The notes beneath the pieces were generated by a model. That model saw only the letters and a list, made by a program, of their open reading frames with translations, was not told the DNA's origin and did not search any database. From the human T2T-CHM13v2.0 reference genome, Homo sapiens: 64,000 bases of DNA. The translations under genes were made by a program, and so were the position numbers. Below, one piece after another: positions 25,640 through 39,689 of the stretch; position 1 is the stretch's first letter, and every line of letters starts with the position of its first letter. The stretch lies in assembly GCF_009914755.1 (NCBI RefSeq), contig NC_060929.1; one strand, written 5' to 3'.

Positions 25640-28600
25640 TTGTGCCTTTCCTACATGGTGCTTTGCACATGCTGTTTCTCCAGTCTGGAATACCTTTCTT
25701 ATCTTCTTCACTCAGTTAACTCCCACACAACCTTCAAGAAATAGTTCAAACAATTCTAGAAAGCTCAGAGTGAGTGGGAGGGTTTCAAGATGACACTCCT
25801 GTGTGATGAGATCCACGATCACTCTTACACAAGGGTGGGATAGGGTCAGTTGAGCTAAGTTAGCCAGATAGGTCAAACTCAGAATTTTAGTTCCATATGC
25901 CAGAGCTCCTCCTAAGCAAGGAGGCCAGAAATAGGTAGATCTAGCACATGAGTAAATGCCAAAATGGGGACAAAATGGGAGACAAATTCACACATCAAGT
26001 CCAGTGAGCTGAAAACAGGGGATAAGTGACCCTTCATATTAGGTAGAAACGTCACAAAAAGTAGAGCAATTAAGTAATGAATCTAATTTGAGTTTTAGTG
26101 ATCTCCACAAATGTCTTTGGATGTCTTCAAATGACTTTGGATATCTTAAGTTGTCTTTTCTATTTGTCAGCTTCAGTTTTCTCAGCTATAAATGAACTTT
26201 CAGGACAGGTTATGACAATTAACTAAGATAATACATATAAAGCACCCTGCTTTGTTTTTGGCACAAAGCACTTGTTCAATACTATGTACCTCTAAAAATA
26301 ATGAATGATTGAACAGCTTGCCTAAAATAAAGAGTGGAAATGAGTCAACAGTTTCCCAGTTTTCAAAAAGAAGATGACATTATCTTCACTTGAATAACAT
26401 GCATACTCAACGTTGAAGTAACTATGCTTTCTTTCTACTTGACTCCCAAACCAGGTCCTCCTGACCTCTCTCTCAATGTCTTCACCTTTCTGGGTTATAC
26501 AGGCTCAAATATTTAAAGCCCTATTTGATTCTTTCTGCCTTATCCTTGCACCCATTCACTTGTCAAGGTTTATGTAGATTCTAAATGCTCTGTGTCATTC
26601 ACATCCATTTCCATTAACGGAGTTTGAGTCCTCATTCCTTTTCTCCTGAACTGTTTAAAACCATCCCACCTGCTCTTTCACCTCTTTACCACCCCCATAA
26701 TAATGCATCCTCCAGAATTCTTCCTGTCGAATTTCATCTCATTTACTTTAACTCATCATTTCAATCTGTCAGTATCATTGCAAATCCTAATTCTGTCATC
26801 TACAACTTATTATCCCTCCCTCACTGTATCCCTTACCATTGCTTTCTATATTGTTTTCCAAAGTATATAATTTAAAAATATGCAATAAGATGGAGTAAAC
26901 TATTTGTCCCACATAGTTTGAAACCATTTGCAAGATTGATATCAATTCAAACCAACTTAATAAAATAAATATTTATATGTTTCCTTCCTTCTTCAAGGTA
27001 GTACAGTGTGACAAAAGTATTTTACAGTCTTGCCAGGATATAGGACTGGTTTAAAATTCTAGATTTTCACTTACTAGTTATTTGAAAAGGTATTTTAAGT
27101 TCACTGAGTAGGCAAAATGGTAATATTTGTAACTGGATTATGTTTTAATGTTAACAAAATTATTGGTAAAAGCAATCTAGCTCAGTGTTCAGAATATGAT
27201 GAGTGCTTAATACAATTCAAAAAAATTAATCATCATGCTAAATCTACAGAATTACAAAGAGTGAGGCACAACTATTGTCAGAAAACTTATAGCCCAGTTG
27301 AGAGAGATTATCGACGTGATAAGAAAAATGCACATGTATTAATACAAAAAGCTGAATGTAATAAATCCCAGTGAAATGCAATGGGATTCAAAGCATGGAG
27401 AGGTCACACCAGTCTTGAGGATAGGCACTAGTTGATTGTTCTTGAAAGGGACTTCAGGGCAATTGATTTGAGGGGAATTGGTGAAGGTTTTTAAAGAGGG
27501 AGTTAAATGATTAGAGCTAGACTTTAATAAAACTCGACAGAGAAACATGGGGGTTATATCATAGGTTTAGGAAGAGAAAGCCAATTAAAAATGCATTCAA
27601 ATTGCATTTTTCTCTTACTTGACTCCTCAGCTGCATTTGAAGCTATTGACCATTACTTCTTTTTTGATGAAGTTCCCATTCTCTTCTTTTTTCTTCAAGT
27701 TACCTCTCTCTCAAGTTCTTGTCAAAAATCTTCGGTTATTTTTTAGTCTTATTTCTGACACCTTTTTCTCTACTCCTGTTTAATTATTGATGTCTCCAAA
27801 GTTCTTCATTAGCCTCCTTTTATAACATTCCATTTACACTCCCTTTACATAAACTTATCTGAATCAAGGCTTCAAATCCTGTCTATATCTTGGCAATTCC
27901 CAACACTAAATAACTTTGCAGAATGCTCTTTTGACCTAGAGATTTGCCTTCACCCGGCTCTTAAACTTCCACAATTGAATATTCAAACACCTCTAACTCA
28001 AGTAGAGTTAGTCACCATCTTTAAAATAAACTCTCATTTATTCACTTATTCCACAAATAGTTTCTGAGCTTCTATTTTGAGCTATGTGCCAGGTGAAGGT
28101 ATTAGTATTTGGGCTTCACCAGCAAACAGAGAGATCAGTCCTTCTAAAATGACACTGAATTCACACAGCCAATGGATTTTCAGTATGGTAATTCTGATCT
28201 TGACTCTCCTCTACTAACTTTCTAATCCTTAATTTGCTCTCCAATGTCTTCAGGATAAAATTCAAACTTCTTAGAACAACCTTTTCAAACCAGGACAAAT
28301 AAGTGATCTAGCCCATGCTTACCTACTAAGATCTTTTTTTTTTTTTGGCCATATTTTGCAATTTATGTAACTTGCAATTCACATATGAGCAATGCTCTGG
28401 CCCAGTCTTAACCTTTGCCTTTCCTGTTTCCTCTATCTGAAAAGCTTTCTCCTCATGATTCCTTTCCCATCTAGCTAATGCCTACTCACTCTTTGAAACT
28501 CAGCGTTGGCTCTTCCACAATCATTCTTTTATTTCTTTAACCTGAATTATGTATATCTCTATATTCCTATGAACATTTTGTATACTCCATCACAGCACTT

Positions 28601-28690
28601 ACCTAAATCTATTACAAATATTTACTTTTTAATCTCAGTTCAAGTTGATTCTGAGCTAATGGAAAATGGAGACTTTGCTGTTCTCTCATT
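25640..28690. mobile_element. Mosaic of L2 and MIR fragments in both orientations
   Basis: ctttgcacatgctgtttctccagtctggaatac (L2); gcttcagttttctcagctataaatg (MIR); cattgaagct-like L2 motif at ~27635; antisense L2 tail ctcatttattcacttattcc. Confidence 0.6.
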
Positions 28691-28693
28691 TTC

Positions 28694-29348
28694 TGTGCTA
28701 CTTATTATGTTATTCTTTCTCAGTTCCAAATCTATTTTTCTTTCCCTGCTTTGTAATACTAAATATAGCCGGACCATGTCAACCTTTCTCCTTTGCCCAG
28801 TGACTCAATGTTAGACCTTCTAGTAGAGAGCTCTGCAGGAACATAAGCAAATATTAGAAATAGACTTTCCTCAGGGACCAGCCCACCTATATCCTCCGAC
28901 CGTTTTCTTGGCCACTTGGTAAGCCTATTGTAGGGAACAGGTCGGCCTGTGCCCTCCAGCAAGTCTCTCAGTCACTAAATGGGACATTCCTAATGCTGAG
29001 TGACACACTGCCCCACAGGTTTCTCAACCCCTCTATGGATCACTTTTTTCTTCAGCAAGTTTCTTAACCATCAGCAAGCCATTTGTTTCTGTGGCAGTCA
29101 TACTTTCTCCCATAAGGTCTGAGTCTTGGCATTAAGAGAGAATTCCTCTTTTAAGTTCATTCTTAGTTTCTTCTTGTTCCCTCTCCCTTAGCCTTAGATA
29201 TAGTAGCTGCTTTCTGCATTTACTGTTTCACTTGATGTGGAGTCCTTTTTTAATCGCATTTATTAGTTAACAAATTCTTTATTTTATATATACCCTGTTC
29301 AAATTACAGGTATGGTTTTCATCTCCTGGCTGGACTCTGACTGATATA
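28694..29348 (+). mobile_element. LTR41-like ERVL solo LTR
   Basis: Start tgtgctacttattatgttattctttctcagttccaaat; end cctgttcaaattacaggtatggttttcatctcctggctggactctgactgatata. Confidence 0.7.
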
Positions 29349-29779
29349 TTTCTTGGCACAATTCTGAGTATGGATTGAGAGCCAAGTAAATTGGGGTTAG
29401 ATTTCTGACATAATGATCATTGAAAGGTGCTAAAAGTCTAAACTGCTAAGTCAGCTGGAAGGGCTAGATGTGAGGATCATTGAGAATTCAGGCTTTACTG
29501 AAGATGGTAGCTGACTACAGATGAGGGGCAAGATGGAGCCAGTGACAACCAGCACCAAGACTTCGAGGCTGAGACACTGGGAAAATGGCCTTACTTTTAA
29601 AAGAAAGAAAGAAGCAACTAAGGAGCAGGATTTCTTTAGAGAAAAAGATGGTAATTTTCAGTGACTTATTTTTTAAATAACATGCTTATTTTTTAAGAGA
29701 ATAGAGACTTTTTTTGCAGTGGATGGAGAATATGTGATCATATTAATTATGTTATCCAACTGGTAAAACACAATCTAAA

Positions 29780-30010
29780 AAGCTCAATAAATGTCTTACT
29801 GGGCAAGGTGTCTCTTGCTCACGTAGCAGCTCAGCGTCAGCTTTTCGCTGAAGAGCTCCGACATGGTGATTTAGGGACCCAGGCTCCCTTCGTCTCATGG
29901 CTCTACTCTTTCTCTCTAGGAATCCTTGGTTAGAGCTTCTGCATCTGCTTGCAGATGGGAGAAGAGAGTGAGAAAGAAAAGTGGCCAAATTCAAATACCT
30001 GTGGCACGTT
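29780..30010 (-). mobile_element. MLT1-family LTR fragment
   Basis: catggtgatttagggacccaggctcccttcgtctcatggctcta MLT1J/K landmark. Confidence 0.6.
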
Positions 30011-30879
30011 CAAGTGGGAAAATAAAGAAGAAAAAGCCCATACCACTTCAGTCTTTTTTGATTATATTAAATATCCAGGTTTGTGTGACGCAATCCCAAG
30101 TAATATTGGTATCACTGTACTATGAGCTATAAGAGAAATGTTTTAAACTTCCTATTTTAAGGAATAGTTTTTTATTATATCATGGCTTATAGTTTGGTTA
30201 ATTAGCTTGTTTTCAACACAAGGGTTCTATTCAGTGGTTGCCAGGTGTATTCCATGTAATTTAGAAGAGTTCGCCTCTCTAAATAAATGGGTGCTACTGA
30301 CAAAGACTACTCAACTTGTGAAAGTCCAACTTGCAAGCATCCTTAATATCATTTCAGGAAAAAAGTCACCTAGCTAAATTTTTACATATATAACAATATA
30401 ACAATAATAACACTTATTGAAACTGCACTATATGACACACCATGTCATGAATGAAGCATATGGATTATTTTACTTAAGCCTTACAACTGCCATGAGAAAT
30501 ACTGTTTTAGTCTTTACTACGACAGTTGGAAATGTACTTTTTTTTCAATGTTGGGAACAAACAGAACTTCAACTCTGTATTCTACTTGAGCCTTTTTCCT
30601 TTCTCCACTTAACTCTTCATTCCACTGTAGCTTATAGATACTTCTTTGGAGAGTTACTATTTGGAGACAAGTTGTAAAAAAAGAATGTCACTATTTTTCC
30701 TGCTGAGAACATGCTTTTGGTTTTGCAAGTAAAAATTCAAAGTTAATTCCCACAAAGAAATAAAGATTAAAATAAAAGTTAATCTGCTGTATTACTCTCA
30801 TAAATATAATATTTTAGTAGAACGAGACCTGATGAATATTTTATGTATAAATAGAAATAATAATGACTAATTCCTATAA

Positions 30880-31330
30880 AATATCTATGTAGTTTCCCTT
30901 TGAATTTGGAATTAAATCTAAACTCTTTAAAAGGAATTTTTCTGTTTAATATGGCTCTTGAGCCGTATCTCCAAATTTGCTTTGAGTTGTTCTCTCATTT
31001 TCTTATTTTGCTTTAGTTGTAGTGGTTGTTTTGTTTCATTTTCCTATGAATTCTAGAGTTTCCAAGCTCTTTTCATTTGGGGACTTGTCACATATCTGCT
31101 CCTTTTTCTTGGAAAGTTCACTCTTTCAATCTTCCCTTGCCTGTTCCTTCCCATCTTTCAGGTCTGGCTTAAATTTCACTTCTGAAGAGAAATCTTCCCT
31201 GAGCACTAGATTCTTCTAGTATTTGTGTTTCATAACACTCTTTTAGGTTACTTCATAGTATTTATCAAATTTTATTATAATATATTTATTTTGCTTGCTT
31301 ATTTAATGTAAAAGCTTGTACTATTAATTC
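30880..31330 (+). mobile_element. LINE-2 fragment
   Basis: ttcaggtctggcttaaatttcacttctgaagagaaatcttccctga. Confidence 0.6.
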
Positions 31331-31444
31331 AATCTTATATTCACTCATTCAACAAATCTAGAGAAGGAATGAGAAGGATAAGATTATAATTGGATCTGAA
31401 AAGTCAAGCATTTTAATATACGTAAAAAAAAAATTGAACATATT

Positions 31445-31950
31445 TGTTCTAGTTTTTTTCCAGCTCTGTATTGTTATGTAATAAATTATCTCATAAATTA
31501 GTGGCTGAAAACAACAACTACTTTATTATACCTCATGTTCTGTGGGTCGACAATTTGGGCCTGGCCGGGTGAATTCATTTTTCCATGTTCCATGGATGGC
31601 TGTTACTTGGCAACATTCAGCAGATGGATGGGCTGCAGCACCTAGATTGGGAATAGAAGATGGAGGACAAGGCTCAGCTGGGCTTGGTCACTGGATCCTC
31701 TTTAACACAGAGGCCTCTGGTTGGTCAGGCTTTTTATATGGCAGCTCAAGGATCCAAGAACAAGTGTTCCAGCAAACAGGACAGAAGCATCATGGCCTGT
31801 TGTAAACTAGCTTTGGAAGTCCTAAGTGTCATTTCTAGCATACTCAATTGTTCATAGTAGTTGAAAACCCAGCCAGATTGAAACGGAGGGGAATTGACCC
31901 TACCTCTCCATTGAAAAGTGTCAAAGAATTTGCAACCAGGTATTAAAACC
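31445..31950 (-). mobile_element. MLT1G/H-like solo LTR
   Basis: ttagtggctgaaaacaacaac..ttctgtgggtcgacaatttgggcctgg ... cagccagattg..gggaattgaccctacctctc..gtgtcaaagaatttgc. Confidence 0.75.
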
Positions 31951-32647
31951 TCAATAGTATTCACATTCTCAAATGCTATGCTAATTGAGCTCTGGATAAA
32001 AGAGAATTGGAAATCATAGCCTTACTCCTAAGGGGTATATAAGAATAATGGGAAATTGTCCCATAACAGTTACAGTTCAAGAAAGAAAAACATATTCCAC
32101 AGAGTGTAAATACAGCTTTACATGGATATCCAGAACATTCAAGAAAGAGCATCTCTTTCCCTCTCTTGTCTACTCATAAAATCTTATTCATTTTTAGATT
32201 CCAGATTAAATGTCAATCTTGTAATCTAAATTAATCATCAATTCAGATTAAATAGTAACACTTTTAATTTGAAGTCTTTCCTAAATCTGTTAGTCAGAAC
32301 AAATCTACCTTTCCATTCTTCTCCTAGAATACTATGAAAGCATATTTACTATATGATTTATCATCATATATTCAACGATTCCATATTTTTTCTGCTAGAC
32401 TGTGTGTGCCTAATAATCATAGTGCAAGTTTTTGATGTGGCAGAATACACACTCAATAAATGGATATTCAATAATGAATACTTCTTTTTAAAGTTTTTTT
32501 TAAGAACCAAGAGATAAAAGTGAAAATAATGAGTACTTCATAAAACATAAAACACAGCAAATATGATCCATAAGTTTAGCTCAGAAATCTGAACCATCAG
32601 TTGAACAGATTTTTGTGAACTACGGAGTATATTTATAACAGCAATAC

Positions 32648-32838
32648 CAGGAGTTTGAGATCAGCCTGTGCAACATAGTGAGATTGTCTCCAGAAAATAA
32701 AACAAATTAGCCAGGTGTGGTGGCTTGCACCTGTAGTCTCAGCAACTCAGGAGGCTGAGGTAGGAGAATCACTTGAGCCCAGGCATTTGAGGCCACAGTG
32801 AACTATGATCATGCTACTACGAGACCTTGTCTTCAAAC
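32648..32838 (+). mobile_element. 5'-truncated AluJ (Jo-like)
   Basis: ccaggagtttgagatcagcctgtgcaacatagtgaga ... cacttgagcccagg..ttgaggccacagtgaactatgatc; 3' internal deletion, tail eroded. Confidence 0.88.
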
Positions 32839-35783
32839 AGACTCTTAGAGCAATAACTGGCACATGGTAAGCGTTTATCAAATAAACCTCATGGTTCTTT
32901 GTATTTCAATCAGAACAATTGGCACACTTGGATATGAATATGCCTGACTTTTTTCTGTATTTTGAGATCTTAGAAGTCAGCAATCTTGTCTCATGCAACT
33001 TACTATCCCCTATAACATTTTAACAATACTTTATAATTACAATTTGCATTTGGTTTACAGAGTTTTTTCATGTTTATCATTTATACCCTTTTTAAAGATG
33101 CTTAAAGGAGTGGTCAAATGTTTCCACCTTGTCAGGATGAGATCTGAATATAAAGTTATCCATTCAAAACTAATAACCTTTTGGGAAATCTATATAAATA
33201 ATTTTCCAAGTAATTTCTGAAATTCTGTGTTTCTGGGAATTCTATACAATTTTGAATAGGACATTCATTAAAATAAAACATACATACTGAAAAAGGCACA
33301 AATAATAAATGTCACATAGACTAATTTTTATAATTTGAACACAGTTGTGTAATCAGAATCCATATTATATATTGATAAAATTATTTTATAATTAAAATAT
33401 TTATTTGTATTAACACATCTTTCCAAGTGTAAAATTACCTTTGTTTTGGCAATTATATTTTAAAGTCAAAAGCAAATGCTCTTCAAAGGCAAAATAATTA
33501 AATTGCTAAAATATAGTAAGTATACCTGCACTTTCATAGTCTTGCCAAATGCATAATTGGGAAAGGTGCTTTGTGTCAGAGTTAAGTGTTTGCTTTAGAA
33601 GTCAATGACTAAAATCTTTTTAAGATTTATCACTTGTTATCTCAGAAGAAAAATCTACCATTTCTATAAGGCCTTATCAAATAAGCTGTAAGCTATATAA
33701 CACATGTATTAACATATAGTAATATAAATAATGATAAAAATATGCTTATATTCTACACTTGGATTTTCAGTAATTAAATCTACTCATTGTATTAATAGCG
33801 TTTCCCTAAGAGGCTAATCACCACTCACAACACTGAAAAAGTTAATAATGGAATTTAAATGACACTTTGAAACTGTGGTTGAATCCCTCATGGACATTCA
33901 AGTTTTATTTCCCATCAAGACATCTACCTAGAGAATCTTCAAGATTATAAAACACACATACCTTGATATTTAGTGGGGAAAAAAATTATGGTTTTTTACT
34001 TCTTTTTTTTTAATAGTTCCTCTTTCCAACCCGCATTTGGTAAAGTTTTTTCTCCTCCTGTAGTGTATAGATTCTGAACGATACCTCTTCAGACCTGGGT
34101 TTTCTTTTTCCACATAAGAGCAAGGAAAACAAAATGATACGCAAAAAAGATATTCTGCCTAGAATCTTAAAGTCGGAGTAAACTGTGTTTGAGTTTGCAT
34201 CTCACGTGATGCACATGTTCTCTATACAGCGTGAGTCTTATAAAATAAACAGTTTTTCTTCAGACTTAATTAAACAGAATCAAGTTTCAGCCATAGTATT
34301 TAGTCTTGGATTTCAGAATGCTTCTTGTAGAAAGCACTAGGGAAAGGGAATGTACAGAAAAATCAAGGAATGGTAGGTAGGTAGCCACTAATTAATGAAA
34401 AAAGAGCCCTAAATAACTCTAAATATTTAGGCTTGATAGTTTAAATGTGCTTACAGGGGTGGCTATTAGGCTGTTTGAGAGATGGTCAGTTCATTCAGGG
34501 GACAATGCATGTCCCTCAGAGCCACCGCTGTGAAGAGGAACAAAGAACCGGGGCAGCCTCACCCTAACCCATTCTCTACTGCAACACCCCTTGTTCACAA
34601 AGCCCCTTTCAACTGTCCTTTATTCTAGATGTTTACTTTTTCTGATTCAGGCCTCTTTTTGCTATCTCATGCATTGCATTTCTATCCCTCCAGCAGGCTG
34701 GACCCCAAACACAAGCTATCCACAAAGGCTGCCATAGAAGAAAACAAATCTCAAGACACAGATTCAATAATTTTGTATAAATGCTTTATGAATTTTTCAC
34801 TTTTTATAAAACAATAACCAAATGCACCTTTGTGCAAGCTAAAATAAAGCTCTTGGAGAGAAATATACTGTAATAACAAGTTAAAGTTATAGTATAAGCA
34901 TTTAGAGGATTCTTTCATCTTAACGTTCCAAATAATCACATATGGGCAAATATTACCACCTGAGTAATATTAAGAATGGTAGAGTCAATATTTATTGTGT
35001 TATAAAATTGCTATGTTTGGTTTTGAGCTTGATTTTTAGGTTTTTGTTTTTGTAATTTCAAAATTTTTAAATCTTTGAATGTGAAATAAATGAATGTGTG
35101 TATATGATATTACCCTATAGAATTATTTGTACATATGATATTTTCCTAGAATATGTGGTTTATATATAAAGTTATATCTGAAAATGAGTGGGGTGTGGCT
35201 TTTAAATTAAAGCTTCTTCTAAGTTATTAATTAAAAAAGAACCAATAAAACAATGAACTTCTAATTTTTTGAAAAATATCATCATAATCTGGTCAAAAAA
35301 ATATTTACAATGCTATTGCCATTTACAGTTGGAAATGTCAACATTTGCAAAGATTTATTACACAATTATCTGAGACATTTATATAAACTTGAATAGATTC
35401 TATTCACTCTCAACATTTGAGAAGAAACTACAGTATAATTTAAAATACATATTAAATAATAAGAAAACTAAATAGTGGTAAAACCTATAAGAAAACTTTA
35501 TTTTTAATTTGGATTAAATTACAGGTCATTGAATCTAGTAAAAATTACTGACTTACTATTCCATATTTTTATTTTATGAAAAACTTGCTAGTTTAAATTT
35601 GTTTTAATAAAAGGCATATTTCAAGCCTTATAGGAATCCATATCATAGTAATCAAGATTTATAACAGCATTATACAAATTTAATGCTGTGGATTTTTTTC
35701 AGGCCCTTTGATGTAAAAAGTTAAAATAATTTTTTCATATCAAGGGGAAATGTTACTGTTTCCCAGACTACCACCTTCACTTT

Positions 35784-35978
35784 AGAAGGGAACATGACAC
35801 ACCGGGGCCTGTCGTGGGGTTGGGGGAGGGATAGCATTAGGATATATACCTCATATAAATGACGAGTTAATGGGTGCAGCACACCAACATGGCACATGTA
35901 TACATATGTAACAAACCTGCACATTGTGCACATGTACCCTAGAACTTAAAGTATAATTAAAAACAAGAAATAATAAAT
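35784..35978 (+). mobile_element. L1PA (PA3-5-like) 3' UTR, heavily 5'-truncated
   Basis: gggatagcattagga..gacgagttaatgggtgcagcacaccaacatggcacatgtatacatatgtaacaaacctgcacattgtgcacatgtaccctagaacttaaagtataa. Confidence 0.95.
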
Positions 35979-36321
35979 CATTATTAAAGATTTTCTAAAA
36001 AAAAAGAAACATGCTCATGTTCAATCTACTATTTACACTTTTAAAATTACTAAAAGAGTTACATAAACACATTTTTAAATTTCCCCATTTTCTTTAAACA
36101 TGTAGCTCATGTATGTATTTTTAATTGGGACAACCCTGCTTTTCCAAAATCTCAAATACTTTAAATAAAGTGCAAGTGCATGCAAGCGATGATGACCCTT
36201 AAAAGCAGTCATAAATTTAGTCGCTGGGAAATGAGAAGGCTTCACAGATGACTTAATTTGCTGTGGGAACCTGTGCTTCCTCCATGTGTAACCTCTGCAT
36301 TTTGCTGTCTGTGACCTTCAG

Positions 36322-36737
36322 CAACATCCACCTGCTGGAAGCCATGTTTGATTCTCTGACCAGGGAAACGCCTGCTTGACAGCAGAATGGTATCATAGGA
36401 CAGTGTGATGGAATTTTTCTTTCTCTGTCATCATTAAGGGGGTTCCCCCTATGGTGAGGGGAATGAAAAGTACGATTTAATGTTCTCTGGAGAGTGGCGG
36501 AGGGAAGAAAGACTCAAAGCTTCACATGCTGCTTTCGGAGTGGGTCATTTCAGTCCTTGTGGCGAATGGGATGTCCCAGTGGAATTTGCCATAGACTGGT
36601 CTGAAAAGAAAGGGATTAAGACCCTTTTAAGGGTGGAAATGTAACAAAAGGACCACTTTTATGATGTAGCAGCATAAAATAAGGGCTCTATTGTACAACT
36701 GATTGCTAAAGATCTTTGAATTGGGTAGCCTAGCCTG
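36322..36737 (+). ncRNA. Candidate internal lncRNA exon (416 nt)
   Basis: Acceptor cctctgcattttgctgtctgtgaccttcAG (36320-21; alternative ttctctgaccAG 36362-63); donor CTG|GTAAGC at 36737/36738. Higher GC than the flanks, repeat-free, no long ORF. Confidence 0.6.
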
Positions 36738-38780
36738 GTAAGCCCTGTTTCCTGAGGGTTTAGAGGCTTGTACAAATGATATGTCTATACTAGAATCAGA
36801 GTTCTGCTCTCATTTAGGGGCAAGTAAGAGATTATCAGTTTGTTCCTACATGATTTTTTTCTACACCTACCGAAAAGTGGCCTGTAGGGAGATTATACTC
36901 TAGTGAAAGTTGCTGCTAATTAAAACAAGTAATTAGTGTTCCTCCAGGCTTTGCGGTTTCACTCACTTTTGCCCGCCAGACAGCATTAGTTTAAAAGCAA
37001 TCCAATTTCTAGCAATAACAGACTGTAAAAAAAAGTCATTTAACAAGTATATAAGTGTAAGGTTACAGTTCAGGCATTGATTTATCTTTTCTGGGCTACT
37101 TAGAAATACTGTAGCAAAGTTGAAGAGAAAGAAAGTTAAATAGCTTTAAAAAAATTAATGTTAAGGAAAGAAAAAAGACCACATGCCTCAGTCCATTCAC
37201 AAAAAGAAAAAAAAGACAAGCAAAAACTGGGAGCATATAAGACTTCCTAAATTGCATTAGGAAACCAAAATTGGATTTAATGCTGTTTTCTCATAGAACC
37301 CTCACTTAGCATTTTGTAAACAGATCATTTCATTAAGTCCTTTTGTTTCTTCTCCCGCCTTTGCTGAAACAGGGACTTTTTATTGACTGATTCTCATTGA
37401 AATGAATTGGAGCAGTAGAGTTGAACACAACACGCTATTACCTCCTTTTTTTTTCACAATTCCAAAATGACTAGCATGGTTTTATTTTGCATATCTGGTG
37501 GGAGGATTTAGTTAAACTAGAGAGATCTTGAGAGAGATTAAAATATTTTATTATAAAAAGATATAACAGAAATTAATATTAAAAAAACCATACCTACATT
37601 GAATCATGCCCTGATAAATTCTTGTCTAATTACTCAGTTTTTGTAACCTGACATACTTCTATAATTGCTGCCTTTGCTGCTTAAAATGATCTATTTCTGA
37701 GGTTGGTATCATCAAAGACATGTGTGCTATTGTGCAAGCAATTCAATATAGCTCATCATTAAAATCAGCTGTAACTCTACTTTCCCTTTAACAAATGAAT
37801 TCATAATACTTTAATTAATGCAAAATTTTCAGATTTATAGTTTCTCCAGTGCTTGTTTTTTTAAATGCTGACTATTCCCCTACAAGATAAAAACTTTGCT
37901 ATGCATTTCAAAGAGCGCTATTCATATAAATAATATTATATGTGTGAAAGTCATTTATTATAAACTGTTAATGCCACAAAAATGTTTGCTGTTATCCCCT
38001 TTTCAACTGGTGGATTCCAAATTTAGTGATCTTTTTCAATTGATTACAATTAATTATTAAGTAGCCTGAATGTTATCATTGCAGGTTAATATAAGACTGT
38101 ATATTTATTATATTTTAGAAATCAATTTTTAGAATATAAATATGTTTTCCATAAAGACTAGCAGCTTTTTAAAATTAATAAAATAAATTTTCATCATGTG
38201 ACTTATAAACTCTTAACTGTATTTTAAAGTTTTAGTATATGCTTTTCCTTTCCTCAAATGTATTTCCAATCTTATTTATAGAAGATTTTGGGACACCAAA
38301 CTTAAAAAAGAAATGTTGCATGTAAGGGTCAGTAAGTAGACTTTATCTGAATCTCTGCTTAACTTTTAAAGATACTGTGAGAAGAAAAAATAACTTGGTG
38401 ATAACTTATTTTCCTAGAAAGGAATATGTGAAATAATGAAGATGACTTTCATTAATAACTGCATTCCACGTATAGATCATTTTCCCAATAGAAACTTATA
38501 GTTTCCAAAAATCTAAAATCAATTTATAATCCTTGCAGAATGTCAACCATAGTATGCTGAAAATGTTTCCTTCATATTATACCTTTTTCCTGATAATTAG
38601 AGCTATGCTCAACTGGCATTTTAAGAGAGTTTTTTGTTTTGTTTTGTTTTTTGCTTCTTGTTTAATGGTAGAAAACCTTCTTTCAAAATCAGTCTTTGAC
38701 AGTATTTGATTTTCTGAAATTGAATTCAGGCTACTTCTATCAAGTCTCCTTTTGAGCTAAGAACTTGCTTTTTATTTCAG

Positions 38781-39200
38781 AGTTGATGAGCTGGAGAATG
38801 CGACTGGCAGCACAGGCCTAGGGCACCAGAGGGCAGACTGTACAGAGACCTGTGAGAATGGTCAGAACTCCATGGATCATGATGGAATGATCAGGGACAC
38901 TATAATAGCGTTCATTTTATGTATTAAGCCAGATTTGCACAACAATTCCATTGTAATACAAATGTAATCTTTAGAAGTAATTTTAAAGCAGCAAATGTAG
39001 AAATGCCAACTCTCAAGTAAAAGAAAACAATTTTCCTAAGCCAAATGTCTTTTGTAAGAGATTTCAATGGTCATTTGATTTTAGTTTAAAGATCATCTGA
39101 CCTTATGATTCACCCGATTCTTAAATGCACATCTCAAATATAATTGTCTTCATTTGGAGTTAATGTATAAAAAATAAAAACAGTGAAATAACCCTTTGTG
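38781..39200 (+). ncRNA. Candidate terminal lncRNA exon with poly(A) signal
   Basis: Branch-like ctaag at 38757 and acceptor cttgctttttatttcAG (38779-80). AATAAA at 39173-39178 followed by a U/GU-rich tract (ctttgtgctttgttct). The exon may extend further. Confidence 0.55.
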
Positions 39201-39689
39201 CTTTGTTCTACTGCTGTGCAGTGCTTTTGTCTAACTACAAGAAACTCTAAGTATACAATTATTAGTATTAAAACTGATGTCTCCAAGAGTTCAATGTTAA
39301 TTTTACTTAAAAAATTTATACTGAAAAAATGGTTTCTCCATATTCCTTGTAATATGGCTATTTAATCTAAGTTCACTCAGCTCAGTCATATAGTCTTTTG
39401 AAAACAGAGATGATATGATATTTATATAATATAATAAAGATCAATAGTGTTTATGAAATTTCATAAAATTAAATTTCTTTGAATTTTATTAATATTTTAC
39501 TAGATATGGGGTAAGCATAAACTTTCATTGTACCAATAATTTAGGAGTTTCTGTAAGAGATAAAATATGTAAAAGATTGGACAATCTGTTGAAGCATGCT
39601 ATCTAAAGATCAGTCTTGTGTCATTCCATACCAGGAAACACCTCTACCATCTGTGGAATTTATCCTCTACACAGAAGAACTGAGCAGGA

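Noticed and set aside
21185-27005. Other AG|GT dinucleotides (e.g. ccacag|gtatct ~21192, ttcaag|gtagta ~26998)
   Set aside because: Weak donor consensus, or location at repeat edges; expected by chance.
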